Origin: Calditrichales bacterium
Lineage (GTDB): Bacteria > Calditrichota > Calditrichia > Calditrichales > J004
DNA length: 64,000 nucleotides
Direction: 5' to 3'
Assembly (NCBI GenBank): GCA_965267575.1
Contig: OZ254086.1
Span: 1,024,001-1,088,000 of the forward strand
In this document: positions 1-8,880 of the stretch, piece by piece
Position numbering within the stretch: the stretch's first letter is position 1
Layout: every line of letters starts with the position of its first letter
The notes under the pieces: model-generated
Told to the model about the DNA's origin: nothing
The model's input: the letters and a program-made list of their open reading frames with translations, nothing else
Databases searched by the model: none
Made by a program: the position numbers and the translations under genes

Positions 1-785
1 TTGTCGGCTATAACCTGCGCCACATGGCGGACGGGCGACGGAGTAACCGGGGCTGGCGGGTGCGGCTTTTTCAGGTGGGCCAAAACGGAAGCGGGCAGCT
101 GCTGTTCCAGGTGGTATTTTTTTACGATCTCCAGCGGCTTTCTGTCGTCCGGCGCTTTCAATGTCGGGCCGGAGGCCACCACGTGCTCGGCGCCGGCGTC
201 CACATCAGACATGATCAGCGAAAAGCAGGTACCCGCGCTGCAGGCCTCCAGCAGGCCGCCGTTTTTTATGCGTGAAACGGCGCCGCGGATTGTATTAATG
301 GCGGCGATGGGCATACCGCTTTCCAGCACGGCCTTGCCTGTATTACGCAAGTCTTGAAGCGAAACATTCTTAACCGGCGCTTCCATCATGGACGAACCGC
401 CCCCTGAAATGAGACAGAGCAGCAGATCGTTTTCTCCCATTGATGCCGCAATGCGCAAGGCCTCCGCGCCGGCTTTCACGCTGTTCGCATCCGGATAGGG
501 ATGGGCGCCGGGGATGCAGATCGCGCCTGATACCGAGTTCTCCTCCGCGGTCACAAGGCAATAGGCAATATGTTCTTTACCCGCAATTTCGATCGCGCTA
601 CGGCACATGGCGGCAGCCGCTTTTCCGATTGCAATGATGCCCACCCTGCCCGTATTACAATCCCACAAATGATTGTTAAAACGAAGCGCCGCCTTTTCCT
701 TTTTAAGAAAAAGTTTAACGAAGCGATCGGGCGCAAGAGCCGCGCAAATTTGTGTGGTCAATTCACCGACAGGGAATTTGTCCAT
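1..785 (-). CDS. Glycerate kinase type 2 (MOFRL/DUF4147 family), 3' end outside the window
   Basis: Not in the ORF track. Manual minus-strand translation from ATG 785 gives MDKFPVGE...IAIGKAAAAM...GAHPYPDANS...LLCLISGGGSSMM...SRIKNGGLL...MSDV...VASGPT, and the frame stays open to the window edge. Confidence 0.85.
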   Translation of the reverse strand, partial: MDKFPVGELTTQICAALAPDRFVKLFLKKEKAALRFNNHLWDCNTGRVGIIAIGKAAAAMCRSAIEIAGKEHIAYCLVTAEENSVSGAICIPGAHPYPDANSVKAGAEALRIAASMGENDLLLCLISGGGSSMMEAPVKNVSLQDLRNTGKAVLESGMPIAAINTIRGAVSRIKNGGLLEACSAGTCFSLIMSDVDAGAEHVVASGPTLKAPDDRKPLEIVKKYHLEQQLPASVLAHLKKPHPPAPVTPSPVRHVAQVIAD

Positions 786-870
786 AACAAAACGATTTTT
801 TTTGAGTGCGAAAAAACCCTACCGAAAGTGAGTACTTTGTTTTATAAAATATATAGATTTGGACAGCAGT

Positions 871-1449
871 ATGATAGACTACAAAGAAGTTTTTCGTTTA
901 TCCAGCGATATGATCTCCGTACACACGGCGGAAGGCAAATACCTGGATATTTCGGATTCATGCCGGCACATTTTGGGGTATGATCGTGAAGAGATGATCG
1001 GTAAATCGGCTTACGATTTCTTTCATCCAAGGGATTACGAGATCATCAGTCAGAGTCACGAAATGATACTTGAGCAGAAAGGTGAACCGCAGGTTATTTA
1101 CCGCATCAGAAAAAAGGACGGCGGGTATATTTGGTATGAAACCACCAGCAAGTTTATCGAAAACGACCGCTATCCCGATGGCATCATTTACGCTTACAGC
1201 CGCAACGCAACCGGGCGTGTGGCGATGGAGTTAATAGATTGGAAAAAAGTCCGCCAGCCGGATAATCTGAGTGAATATTTAAATATGTGTGCATGGTCGA
1301 AAAAGATGAAATACAAGAACGAATGGCTCTCGTTTGATGGTTACCTGCAAAAGCGTTTTGGCATCAATGTCTCGCATGGTATAGCCGATGACGCGGCCCA
1401 GAGCTTTATAAAGGATTACCTTAAAAGAAAAGCTGAAGCCAGAATATAA
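871..1449 (+). CDS. PAS-domain protein with a small C-terminal 'CAW.KK...W...SHGI' module
   Basis: PAS motifs (ILGYDREEMIGK, FFHPRD, YRIRKKDGGYIW). ATG at 871; the ORF track starts at TTG 859. Confidence 0.8.
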   Translation: MIDYKEVFRLSSDMISVHTAEGKYLDISDSCRHILGYDREEMIGKSAYDFFHPRDYEIISQSHEMILEQKGEPQVIYRIRKKDGGYIWYETTSKFIENDRYPDGIIYAYSRNATGRVAMELIDWKKVRQPDNLSEYLNMCAWSKKMKYKNEWLSFDGYLQKRFGINVSHGIADDAAQSFIKDYLKRKAEARI

Positions 1450-1478
1450 AAAAAGCCCCGGCACAAACCGGGGCTTTT
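1448..1478. terminator. Bidirectional intrinsic terminator
   Basis: AAAAAAAGCCCCGG-cacaaa-CCGGGGCTTTT lies between convergent genes. Confidence 0.85.
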
Positions 1479-1503
1479 GAGTTTTGGTACGTTGGGGACT
1501 TTT

Positions 1504-3348
1504 CTATTTAATCAACATCAGTCGCGTCATCTGGCCTAGCTCGCCTGCCTTCAGAACCGCAAAATAAATGCCCGAAGCCATCATTATTCCGTTGCCGGAA
1601 CGTCCGTTCCAGGTAATTTCATGGCTGCCTGTTTTAAACGGCCTGTCAGCCAGCGTCGTTACTTTTTGTCCCAGAATGTCATATACAAACAGTTGTACAT
1701 TCTTGCCGTTCAGGTGCGCCGGTATGTCAAAGGCGATCGTGGTGGACGGGTTGAACGGATTGGGATAGGCCGCGTGCAGCTTGAACTCCAGCGGGTTAAC
1801 AGCAATGCCGTCACCAATGGAAGAAGCCGGATCAATATCTTCCAGAGAACGCGGCAATATTTGGTAACCTTCTGTATAGGGTATTGAAAAATCAAATTGA
1901 CTAAAAATACCGGTTATGGCGACGGGATACTCTGGCTCCGGTGAACCATCAATATCTGTATCCTGATCAATTCTTAAAGTAAGCTCGTTTGATCCGCCAT
2001 CATCCGTTATCGTTAGATTTTCATTGTTACCTTCCTCGGGCCAATCGCCGGAAACCTTTGTTGCGTTCGCAATACGAACTAAAAGACCCTCAAATGCTTC
2101 TGGCTCAGTCAACAATGTTTCGATATTGATAGTTATTGCTTCAGCTTCATCCCCAGGCCCTAAATCTACAATATCAGCGGTGCTGTCAGGAATTATTTCC
2201 GTCAAACCATTATACTGTTCTAATACGCCAGTTACCCCGTAATTATTATTTACGGTAATATTCGCCGCTGCCTGCCCAGGCCCAAAAACGTTTATTCCTG
2301 CTGTATTGTCCTGCAAATATATGTTTAAATTTGAGCCGTCAAATACTGTATTTGCTACCGTAGCGGTTCCCTGTGTACGAGCCCAGTAACCATCAAATAG
2401 CAAAACGCCATCACTATCTACAGCCTTTAACAACGTTATCTGAGTAGTGCCGGCAAAAAAGGGTGTACCGCTTTTTACCGTACGCTGCCCGGCATCATCC
2501 ACGGCAGCGACGCTGTACTCGATGCGGTCGCCGTCATTATAGGTTGCCGCGGCGATGGTTGCCGAGAATGTGTCATCGGCGCCTTCGCTCATATCCAGGC
2601 TGTCCTGTGTAATACCGTTGACCACGTAAAGCAGACGCACGGCCACAAGAGCGCTGTCATCGGTGACGGTGGCGGTTACGGTTAAATCTTCATCGGCGGT
2701 GGGCACGCGCGGCGTGCCTTCAACTACACCAATCATTGGTGCAAGATCACCTCCAAATCCTATCCAAGTGTGGGTCCCGAGATCTTCAAAATAATCTTGT
2801 TCTTCGACAATCCATTCTGAGTTGTCAGAATTTGTGCCTGCTGACGCTGCCCAGTCCGTATTGCCGCTAAAAACATCACTCTTACGTATCAAAGTATGTT
2901 CACCAGTCGCGTTCGTAACACCAGCAACGTCCCATCCAGAACCTGGATCATCACCTTCTTCACCAATTACATCTATTATGACGCCATCCTTCGCAAGCGC
3001 AATTGCATCATTTCCATTATAAAATGTGGCCGTTGAACCAATGGAATCGCTAACAGACTGGATTGTGTTATTTGCTTGAGAATTGCATATAATCCAGACG
3101 TCACCATTTTTAACTATACCTTGTAAGTCAACGGCATTAGATTGTCCCTCAGACCAATCACCTCCATTCGAGATTCTCCAGATCTCATAGGGAGCAAGGT
3201 CAACATCCGTTCCCGTGCCGTTGAAAATTTCTATTGCCTTATTATTACTTGTACCCTCGATATATTCAGAAATGAATAAATCTGCTGCCTGCGCCCACAG
3301 GCCGGCAGGGATAGTCAGCATGAATAAAATCGTAATCAAACGTCGCAT
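1504..3348 (-). CDS. Secreted lamin-tail-domain protein with an OB-fold-like region and C-terminal sorting (T9SS-A/FlgD-Ig-like) domain
   Basis: Signal peptide; LFISEYIEGTSNNKAIEIFNGTG (LTD); GVLEQYNGLTEI; C-terminal AYPNPFNPSTTI...MASGIYF. Confidence 0.8.
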   Translation of the reverse strand: MRRLITILFMLTIPAGLWAQAADLFISEYIEGTSNNKAIEIFNGTGTDVDLAPYEIWRISNGGDWSEGQSNAVDLQGIVKNGDVWIICNSQANNTIQSVSDSIGSTATFYNGNDAIALAKDGVIIDVIGEEGDDPGSGWDVAGVTNATGEHTLIRKSDVFSGNTDWAASAGTNSDNSEWIVEEQDYFEDLGTHTWIGFGGDLAPMIGVVEGTPRVPTADEDLTVTATVTDDSALVAVRLLYVVNGITQDSLDMSEGADDTFSATIAAATYNDGDRIEYSVAAVDDAGQRTVKSGTPFFAGTTQITLLKAVDSDGVLLFDGYWARTQGTATVANTVFDGSNLNIYLQDNTAGINVFGPGQAAANITVNNNYGVTGVLEQYNGLTEIIPDSTADIVDLGPGDEAEAITINIETLLTEPEAFEGLLVRIANATKVSGDWPEEGNNENLTITDDGGSNELTLRIDQDTDIDGSPEPEYPVAITGIFSQFDFSIPYTEGYQILPRSLEDIDPASSIGDGIAVNPLEFKLHAAYPNPFNPSTTIAFDIPAHLNGKNVQLFVYDILGQKVTTLADRPFKTGSHEITWNGRSGNGIMMASGIYFAVLKAGELGQMTRLMLIK

Positions 3349-3412
3349 GTTTCCTCCGTAATATATTTTCGCTGTTGGATCGCTAATATAAGCCTTTTAG
3401 CGCTTAAGGAAT

Positions 3413-3439
3413 AAAAAAAAGCCGCGCGGGTGCGCGGCT
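3413..3439 (-). terminator. Intrinsic terminator after htpG
   Basis: On the minus strand, the AGCCGCGC/GCGCGGCT stem is followed by a T-run. Confidence 0.8.
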
Positions 3440-3445
3440 GTGTGT

Positions 3446-5356
3446 TCATGCCTTAACGTTGGGGTGCCAGGCGCTGGATTCCTTCAACAGCTCATTGATG
3501 CGGTTAACCAGCTTGTGCGGGTCACTGAGGTAACCTTCCAGCAGCAGGGCCGATTCATAAAGCTGCTCGGTGGCGTTATCGATAAAACTGTCGCGCGGGT
3601 CCTTTTTGTAAATCTTGAGCAGGTTGCGCGTCAGCGGGTGGTATTTGTTGAGCTCCATGATCTTCTTCGGCGCGGTCATATCCTTGTTCATGTATTGCAG
3701 CATTTTGTGCATGTGCGAAGTCATCGTGCCGTCGGGATTGACCAGGCAGGAGGCGCTGTCGCGCAGCCGCTTTGATTCGCGCACTTCCGTAACGCGGTCA
3801 CCGAGGATATCTTTCATGCGCTCCATCAGTTTTTTAAAGACCTTTTCGTCGCTGTCGCTCAGCGATTCCTGTTTTTCTTCTTCCTTGCCGCTCTTCTCTT
3901 CGAATTTTTCAAGTTTGCCCATGTCGGCCTGTTCCACCGATTGCAGGCTGTACTCTTTGTATTCGCCCAGCCCGGTCAGCGCAAACTCATCGACGGGCTC
4001 GTAGAGGTACAGCACTTCCAGGCCTTTGCGCCGGAAAATTTCGATATGCGGATCGGATTCCACCGCTTCCCTGCTGGCGCCGGTGATGTAGTAAATTTCC
4101 TTCTGATCGTCCTTGGAGCGCTCGATGTATTCATCCAGGGATACCAGGCCGTTCACGTCATCGCTGGCCGATGAATTGAAGCGCAGCAGCTCGGCATATT
4201 TATCGCGGTTGCCAAAATCCTGGTAACCGAATTTGAAAATCTTGCCGTGCTCTTTCCAGAAGCTGCTATATTTTTCCTTGTCATCTTTAGCCATTTTGCC
4301 TAGGTGATTCAGAATCTGCTTGGTCAGCGCACTGCTGATCTTCTGCACGATCAAATTTTCCTGCAACGTCTCGCGCGAAATATTCAGCGGGATGTCCGGT
4401 GATTCCACCAGGCCTTTGCAGAATGCCAGGTATTCGGGGATTAGGTCTTTGTTTTTATGCTGGATCAGCACGCCGTTCACATAAAGGTCCAGCCCGCGGT
4501 CCTCACGCACCGTACCGAACATGTCATAAATCTGCTTTGGGATGAAAACCAGCGCGTTAAACTGCACCGGCGCGTCCACGGAAATGTGGATCGTCTCCAT
4601 CGGCGGCTCATAGTCGTGGGAGATGAATTTGTAAAATTCGTCGTACTGCTCCTGCTTGATTTTAAATTTTGGCTCACGCCACAGCGCCGTTACCGTATTC
4701 ACCTTTTCTCCGTCCACTTTGATCGGGAAGCCGATGAAGTTGGAGTGCTTGTTGATGGCTGTTTTTACGCGCTCTTTTTCGGAAAATTCGGCGGCGTTTT
4801 CACGCAGGTGGATTTCTATTGTGGTTCCGCGCTTCACATCTTCATCAAGCGTTTCCACGTTGAATGTGCCCACACCATCGGATGTCCAGCGCACAGGCGC
4901 CGCGTCTTTCTTGTGGCTACGCGATGTCACCACCACCTTATCGGCCACCATGAACACGGAATAGAAGCCGACACCAAAACGGCCGATGATCTTGCCGGCG
5001 TCTTCGGTCTCCTTTTTATCCTTATTCTCCGCCATCATTTGCAGAAAGGCTTCGGTGCCGCTTTTGGCCACTGTACCGAGGTTTGTCACAATCTCATCTT
5101 CATCCATCCCGATGCCCGTATCGGACAGCGTCAGCTTTTTGGCCTTTTCATCCAGCTTGATGTCAATTTCCAAAGGCAGATCAGGGTTAGCTACTTTGCC
5201 GCCGCGGGTGGTTTCAAAACGTAGTTTGTCCAGCGCGTCCGATGCGTTGGAGATTAACTCACGGATAAAAATTTCGCGGTTGGTATAAAGCGAGTGAACG
5301 AGAATATCGAGAAGCTTGTTGACTTCCGCTTTGAATTTTAGTTTTCTTTTTGGCAT
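3446..5356 (-). CDS. htpG: Molecular chaperone HtpG (Hsp90)
   Basis: FIRELISNASDALDK, DTGIGM, IGRFGVGFYS, LNISRETLQ. ATG 5356 is preceded by GGAGG. Confidence 0.97.
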   Translation of the reverse strand: MPKRKLKFKAEVNKLLDILVHSLYTNREIFIRELISNASDALDKLRFETTRGGKVANPDLPLEIDIKLDEKAKKLTLSDTGIGMDEDEIVTNLGTVAKSGTEAFLQMMAENKDKKETEDAGKIIGRFGVGFYSVFMVADKVVVTSRSHKKDAAPVRWTSDGVGTFNVETLDEDVKRGTTIEIHLRENAAEFSEKERVKTAINKHSNFIGFPIKVDGEKVNTVTALWREPKFKIKQEQYDEFYKFISHDYEPPMETIHISVDAPVQFNALVFIPKQIYDMFGTVREDRGLDLYVNGVLIQHKNKDLIPEYLAFCKGLVESPDIPLNISRETLQENLIVQKISSALTKQILNHLGKMAKDDKEKYSSFWKEHGKIFKFGYQDFGNRDKYAELLRFNSSASDDVNGLVSLDEYIERSKDDQKEIYYITGASREAVESDPHIEIFRRKGLEVLYLYEPVDEFALTGLGEYKEYSLQSVEQADMGKLEKFEEKSGKEEEKQESLSDSDEKVFKKLMERMKDILGDRVTEVRESKRLRDSASCLVNPDGTMTSHMHKMLQYMNKDMTAPKKIMELNKYHPLTRNLLKIYKKDPRDSFIDNATEQLYESALLLEGYLSDPHKLVNRINELLKESSAWHPNVKA

Positions 5357-5441
5357 GAATTCCTCCGTCTTTGCATATACGTCATACTGAAAATGACAAT
5401 CTGTCAAATTTTCTGTCTTTTAATTTACGGCGCACACATCT

Positions 5442-5457
5442 TGCAAAATCGATACCA
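5442..5457 (-). promoter_or_regulatory. Putative sigma54 -24/-12 promoter of htpG
   Basis: Minus strand TGGTATCGATTTTGCA fits GG-N10-GC. Confidence 0.55.
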
Positions 5458-5478
5458 AAAAGCGGGATCAGCAGAAAT

Positions 5479-5510
5479 AAAAAAAGGGGCAGACCGAAGC
5501 CCACCCCTTT
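5479..5510 (-). terminator. Intrinsic terminator (C-UUCG-G loop) after the fadL-lipase operon
   Basis: Minus strand AAAGGGGTGGGC-TTCG-GTCTGCCCC-TTTTTTT. Confidence 0.85.
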
Positions 5511-5530
5511 AGCCCGAGAAAAAAATACGG

Positions 5531-6934
5531 TTATTGCAGTTTGCCGCCGGTCAGGTTCACAACATTTTCGAAAACAGCCGGGTCCACATTGCGCCAGGTT
5601 ATTTTGCCCATGCTGTTAGCCGGGGAAACCGTATCCATCAGTTCAATAACATCCACAAACGGTACCGTGGCATTATACTTCGCGTTAATCACCTTGATGA
5701 ATTCATTGGCGACAATGGCATGACCCACATCGGAAGGATGCACGCCATCCAGGCTGAACAAGCCGCCGGTGATAAATTCGTTGGTGAATTCCTGGCCGGA
5801 CAGCTCAAGGCCGCCCGCCGCGATCATGTTGAAGAAACCGTTGATATCGACCACAGCAATATTACGATCAGCCGCCAGTGAAGCGATCGTATTATTAAAA
5901 GCTGTAACGGCGGTCTGTGCCGTGGCAATTTCATCGGCATCAAGTACAACCGCATCAGGCAGCGGCTGACCCGTTCCACCGAGAGACTGCGGGATACCAA
6001 GGCCTGCTTCCAGAGCGGATGCGGCCTGCAGCGTTACAAGATCTGTCGCCGGATTTACGCCAATCAGAGGAATAACATTACCATCCTGCAGGACGGGTTC
6101 ATTAGTTTCGGGATTTACTACAACGCCCGGGATGGTCGTGAAAAACGGAATAGCCGTTACATCCGGGATATTGGCCACCACGATTTGCGGATTGGTCGGC
6201 GTAGCCAGCAGCACATCAAGTAAGCCGGCATAAAGTTGACCGAAAATAGCAGCATCAGTCGGTGCCTGTGGACTTGTGCCACCGCTGGTGGCGTAACCCA
6301 GTACATCATTATTACCGATCCACAGGGTTATAAAAGTGGGCTGCAGTAGCTGCGCCTGCTGAACAACTGTCGTATTACCGAGATTCGGGTTTCTCAAAAT
6401 TATATCAAAAAATGCGCTCCCGCTCAAAGCATTGGCAGAAGAAGTGGCTGTATTTAAGTCACCCAAAATCGAACCCGGTACACCCAGATTATTATAGGGC
6501 TGCCCCAATGCGGCGACGGCCGGCGAAGCGTAGAAGTTAGGCGGCATAACAAAGGACGGATCACTGTATGGCACCGGCTGGATCACCGGGTCGACCTGGC
6601 CCTGTGCGTTAAACAACGACACCAGTTCTGCGATACCCGCTCCCTGGGTAGTATAGACCCCAATGCCGGGATAGCCCAAAAGCGGCTGGTTAAAAGTCTC
6701 AACTTCAGCCTGCCGGGCAATCAGCGCCGGAAAAGAATATTGCTGATGGCGCTCGGTCAGCGCGCCGGACTGGTAACCCGCGGTAAGGCTATTGCCTAAT
6801 GCCACATAGCTGGCAAAGCTGGCATCTCCGGGAGAAAATGCCGTGATTGTTTTGTCCGGTTCCTGCAGCGAGCAGCCCGCGAAAAAGAGCGCTGCCACTA
6901 CAAAAATAACCGGGGCTTTAATAAAGTTTTTCAT
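5531..6934 (-). CDS. SGNH/GDSL-family lipolytic lipoprotein
   Basis: Lipobox FAGC; block I ALGNSLTAG, block III WIGNND, block V DGVHP. Probable start MKNFIK at 6934. Confidence 0.88.
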   Translation of the reverse strand: MKNFIKAPVIFVVAALFFAGCSLQEPDKTITAFSPGDASFASYVALGNSLTAGYQSGALTERHQQYSFPALIARQAEVETFNQPLLGYPGIGVYTTQGAGIAELVSLFNAQGQVDPVIQPVPYSDPSFVMPPNFYASPAVAALGQPYNNLGVPGSILGDLNTATSSANALSGSAFFDIILRNPNLGNTTVVQQAQLLQPTFITLWIGNNDVLGYATSGGTSPQAPTDAAIFGQLYAGLLDVLLATPTNPQIVVANIPDVTAIPFFTTIPGVVVNPETNEPVLQDGNVIPLIGVNPATDLVTLQAASALEAGLGIPQSLGGTGQPLPDAVVLDADEIATAQTAVTAFNNTIASLAADRNIAVVDINGFFNMIAAGGLELSGQEFTNEFITGGLFSLDGVHPSDVGHAIVANEFIKVINAKYNATVPFVDVIELMDTVSPANSMGKITWRNVDPAVFENVVNLTGGKLQ

Positions 6935-6956
6935 AAAGATCTCCTCTTTTCGCGTT

Positions 6957-8210
6957 TTATAAGCCGTACTCAAAGCTTACGCCAAACAGGTTACCCTGTC
7001 CGAAGTATTCACCATTGAAGCCATCTACGGAATTGGTCACCTTGCGGTCATCCTGGGTAAGCAGCATGTAAAAGCCGTCTATGGTCAGCTGGCCCATGGT
7101 GTAGCCCACGCCTATCGAGTAAAGATTGCGGTCACCTTCCGGCAGGGACGGCTCAACGCGCTCATCCGGCACGGCGTGCATGTCGCGCAGGTAGCCAACG
7201 CGCAGGGCCAGGTCATCCTGAAGCATATACTCGAGGCCGAAGCGCAGCGAGAAGCTGTCTTCATACTTGCGCGGATTTACAGTGGTGGTCTCCCCGGCAA
7301 CAGGATCATCAAATTCCACAACCAGTTCATCATAAGAGCTCCAGCCAAGCTGCATCCAGTTGAATTCAGCCACCAGTTTTTCATTGAATTGGTAGGCCAC
7401 GCCAAGAGCAATCAATGTGGGCAGTTCCAGCTCGCTGCTGCCTTTGGTGTTGGGAAAAAGCGCGGTGATCTCACCATCAATAACCGGATCACCGGTCGTC
7501 GGGAAATCAAATGTGGCGTCGCCACCATCAAAGTCCAACAGAACATTGCCGCGATAAACGGCGCCAAAAGAAAGCGCGGTCGTCGGCTGATAGCGCAGAC
7601 CCAGGTTAAAGCCGTAGCCCATGCCGTCGGCTTCCAGCTTGGATTCGCCATACACATTGCGCGGACCATAATAAACGCTTCTTTCCAAATTTACAGTCGC
7701 CAGTACGGCATTAAAGCCTGCAGCAACGGAAAGGCCCGGCATAACCTCATAGGCCACAACCGGGTTCAGGAAAAAGGTCTCCACTTCAGACGTGGTAGCC
7801 AGCAATCGTCCCGGCCAGTTTTTGTCCCATTCCGATCCGAGTCCGAACAAGGTAAAAAAGCCAAAGCCGGCAGCCAGCTTATCGTTTATCTTGTACGTGG
7901 CATAAAAAGTGGACGGCGGGAAAACGCCCTTCTCGGCCGCGGTGTACAAATTGGGGTCGAGGTGATTGGGTCCCTGAAAGCCGAACTCGGGCATGATGAT
8001 GGTTGTACCCAGACCGAGGCGGAATCCATCCAGCTGGGTTATACCGGCAGGGTTGTAGAAAACACTGGAGATGTCATTAGCCTGGGCCACAAATGCTCCC
8101 CCCATGGCAGTGGCTTTAGCCCCTTGCTCATAGATGGAAAAGCCGGAGGCAAAAGCCATTGTGGCGGTCAGGGCCAATGCTCCACAAACGGTACGTAACA
8201 TTCTGAGCAT
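6957..8210 (-). CDS. OmpP1/FadL-family outer-membrane long-chain fatty-acid transporter
   Basis: Signal peptide, then SGFSIYEQGAKATAMGGA...FYNPAG; amphipathic strands; aromatic C-terminus. Confidence 0.88.
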   Translation of the reverse strand: MLRMLRTVCGALALTATMAFASGFSIYEQGAKATAMGGAFVAQANDISSVFYNPAGITQLDGFRLGLGTTIIMPEFGFQGPNHLDPNLYTAAEKGVFPPSTFYATYKINDKLAAGFGFFTLFGLGSEWDKNWPGRLLATTSEVETFFLNPVVAYEVMPGLSVAAGFNAVLATVNLERSVYYGPRNVYGESKLEADGMGYGFNLGLRYQPTTALSFGAVYRGNVLLDFDGGDATFDFPTTGDPVIDGEITALFPNTKGSSELELPTLIALGVAYQFNEKLVAEFNWMQLGWSSYDELVVEFDDPVAGETTTVNPRKYEDSFSLRFGLEYMLQDDLALRVGYLRDMHAVPDERVEPSLPEGDRNLYSIGVGYTMGQLTIDGFYMLLTQDDRKVTNSVDGFNGEYFGQGNLFGVSFEYGL

Positions 8211-8291
8211 AATCCCTCCTGTATGACTCTTATACAGAGTAATGTATGTTGGTTAAATTAGGGTTGAGTTAAAGGTCAATTAAGCTCAATA

Positions 8292-8320
8292 AAAGTAACT
8301 GACCCTCCCGATAAAGTCAA
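8292..8320 (-). promoter_or_regulatory. Putative sigma70 promoter of the fadL-lipase operon
   Basis: TTGACT-17 nt-TACTTT on the minus strand. Confidence 0.5.
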
Positions 8321-8356
8321 GACAGAATTATAAACTTTGAGCCCTTCAGGGTAGGC

Positions 8357-8872
8357 TTAATTGGGGGAGATAAAAGGATCAATCAGGTCTGAAATAAGGC
8401 GGATGCAGAGCTCGTCCGGCAGCACAAAGCTGATTTCATTGATGGCATTGGTGCTGCGTTCCCAAGATTTGCGCGAAAGACGCAATGAGCCCTCCAGCGC
8501 GTTCAGTACAATCTCAAAATAGATTCGCTTGCTCTGGGTCGTGTAAGGAGGGTAGCTGCGGATCTGCGCCTGGCGGTTTTGTGCGTCCAGCTCCACGATG
8601 CGGAAGTTCTCGGGAAGATAGGTGATACGCTGGCAGCAGGAGTCTGCAAACTCCTCCAGTTTATCGCGCGAAGCCAGCAGGCTGCTCAATTCCTTACCCA
8701 TCACCTTTAGGGCCAGCAATTCACTGCTTATCTGGTCCAGCCGCAAAAAATCAATCAACAATGTGTAATTGTTATTATAGGTGAAGCGTTTAAACTGCAG
8801 CCCGTTTTCCGTCAATACAAGAATATTTTTTGATTGTTTAAATTCCTTCAGGATCGTTTCCGCTTGTGACAT
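8357..8872 (-). CDS. Hypothetical protein, fourth gene of the prkA-yeaH-spoVR operon
   Basis: 171 aa ORF starting 8 nt after the spoVR stop, with a GAGG RBS. Confidence 0.75.
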   Translation of the reverse strand: MSQAETILKEFKQSKNILVLTENGLQFKRFTYNNNYTLLIDFLRLDQISSELLALKVMGKELSSLLASRDKLEEFADSCCQRITYLPENFRIVELDAQNRQAQIRSYPPYTTQSKRIYFEIVLNALEGSLRLSRKSWERSTNAINEISFVLPDELCIRLISDLIDPFISPN

Positions 8873-8880
8873 AAAACCTC

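Noticed and set aside
1-983. Plus-strand ORFs 1-357 and 570-983 from the track
   Set aside because: They overlap the minus-strand glycerate kinase frame, which has clear family motifs.
5357-5407. N-terminal extensions given by the ORF track for htpG, and likewise prkA, pncA, the DinB gene, the DUF1304 gene and the lipase
   Set aside because: Downstream starts have better RBSs and match the expected family N-termini.
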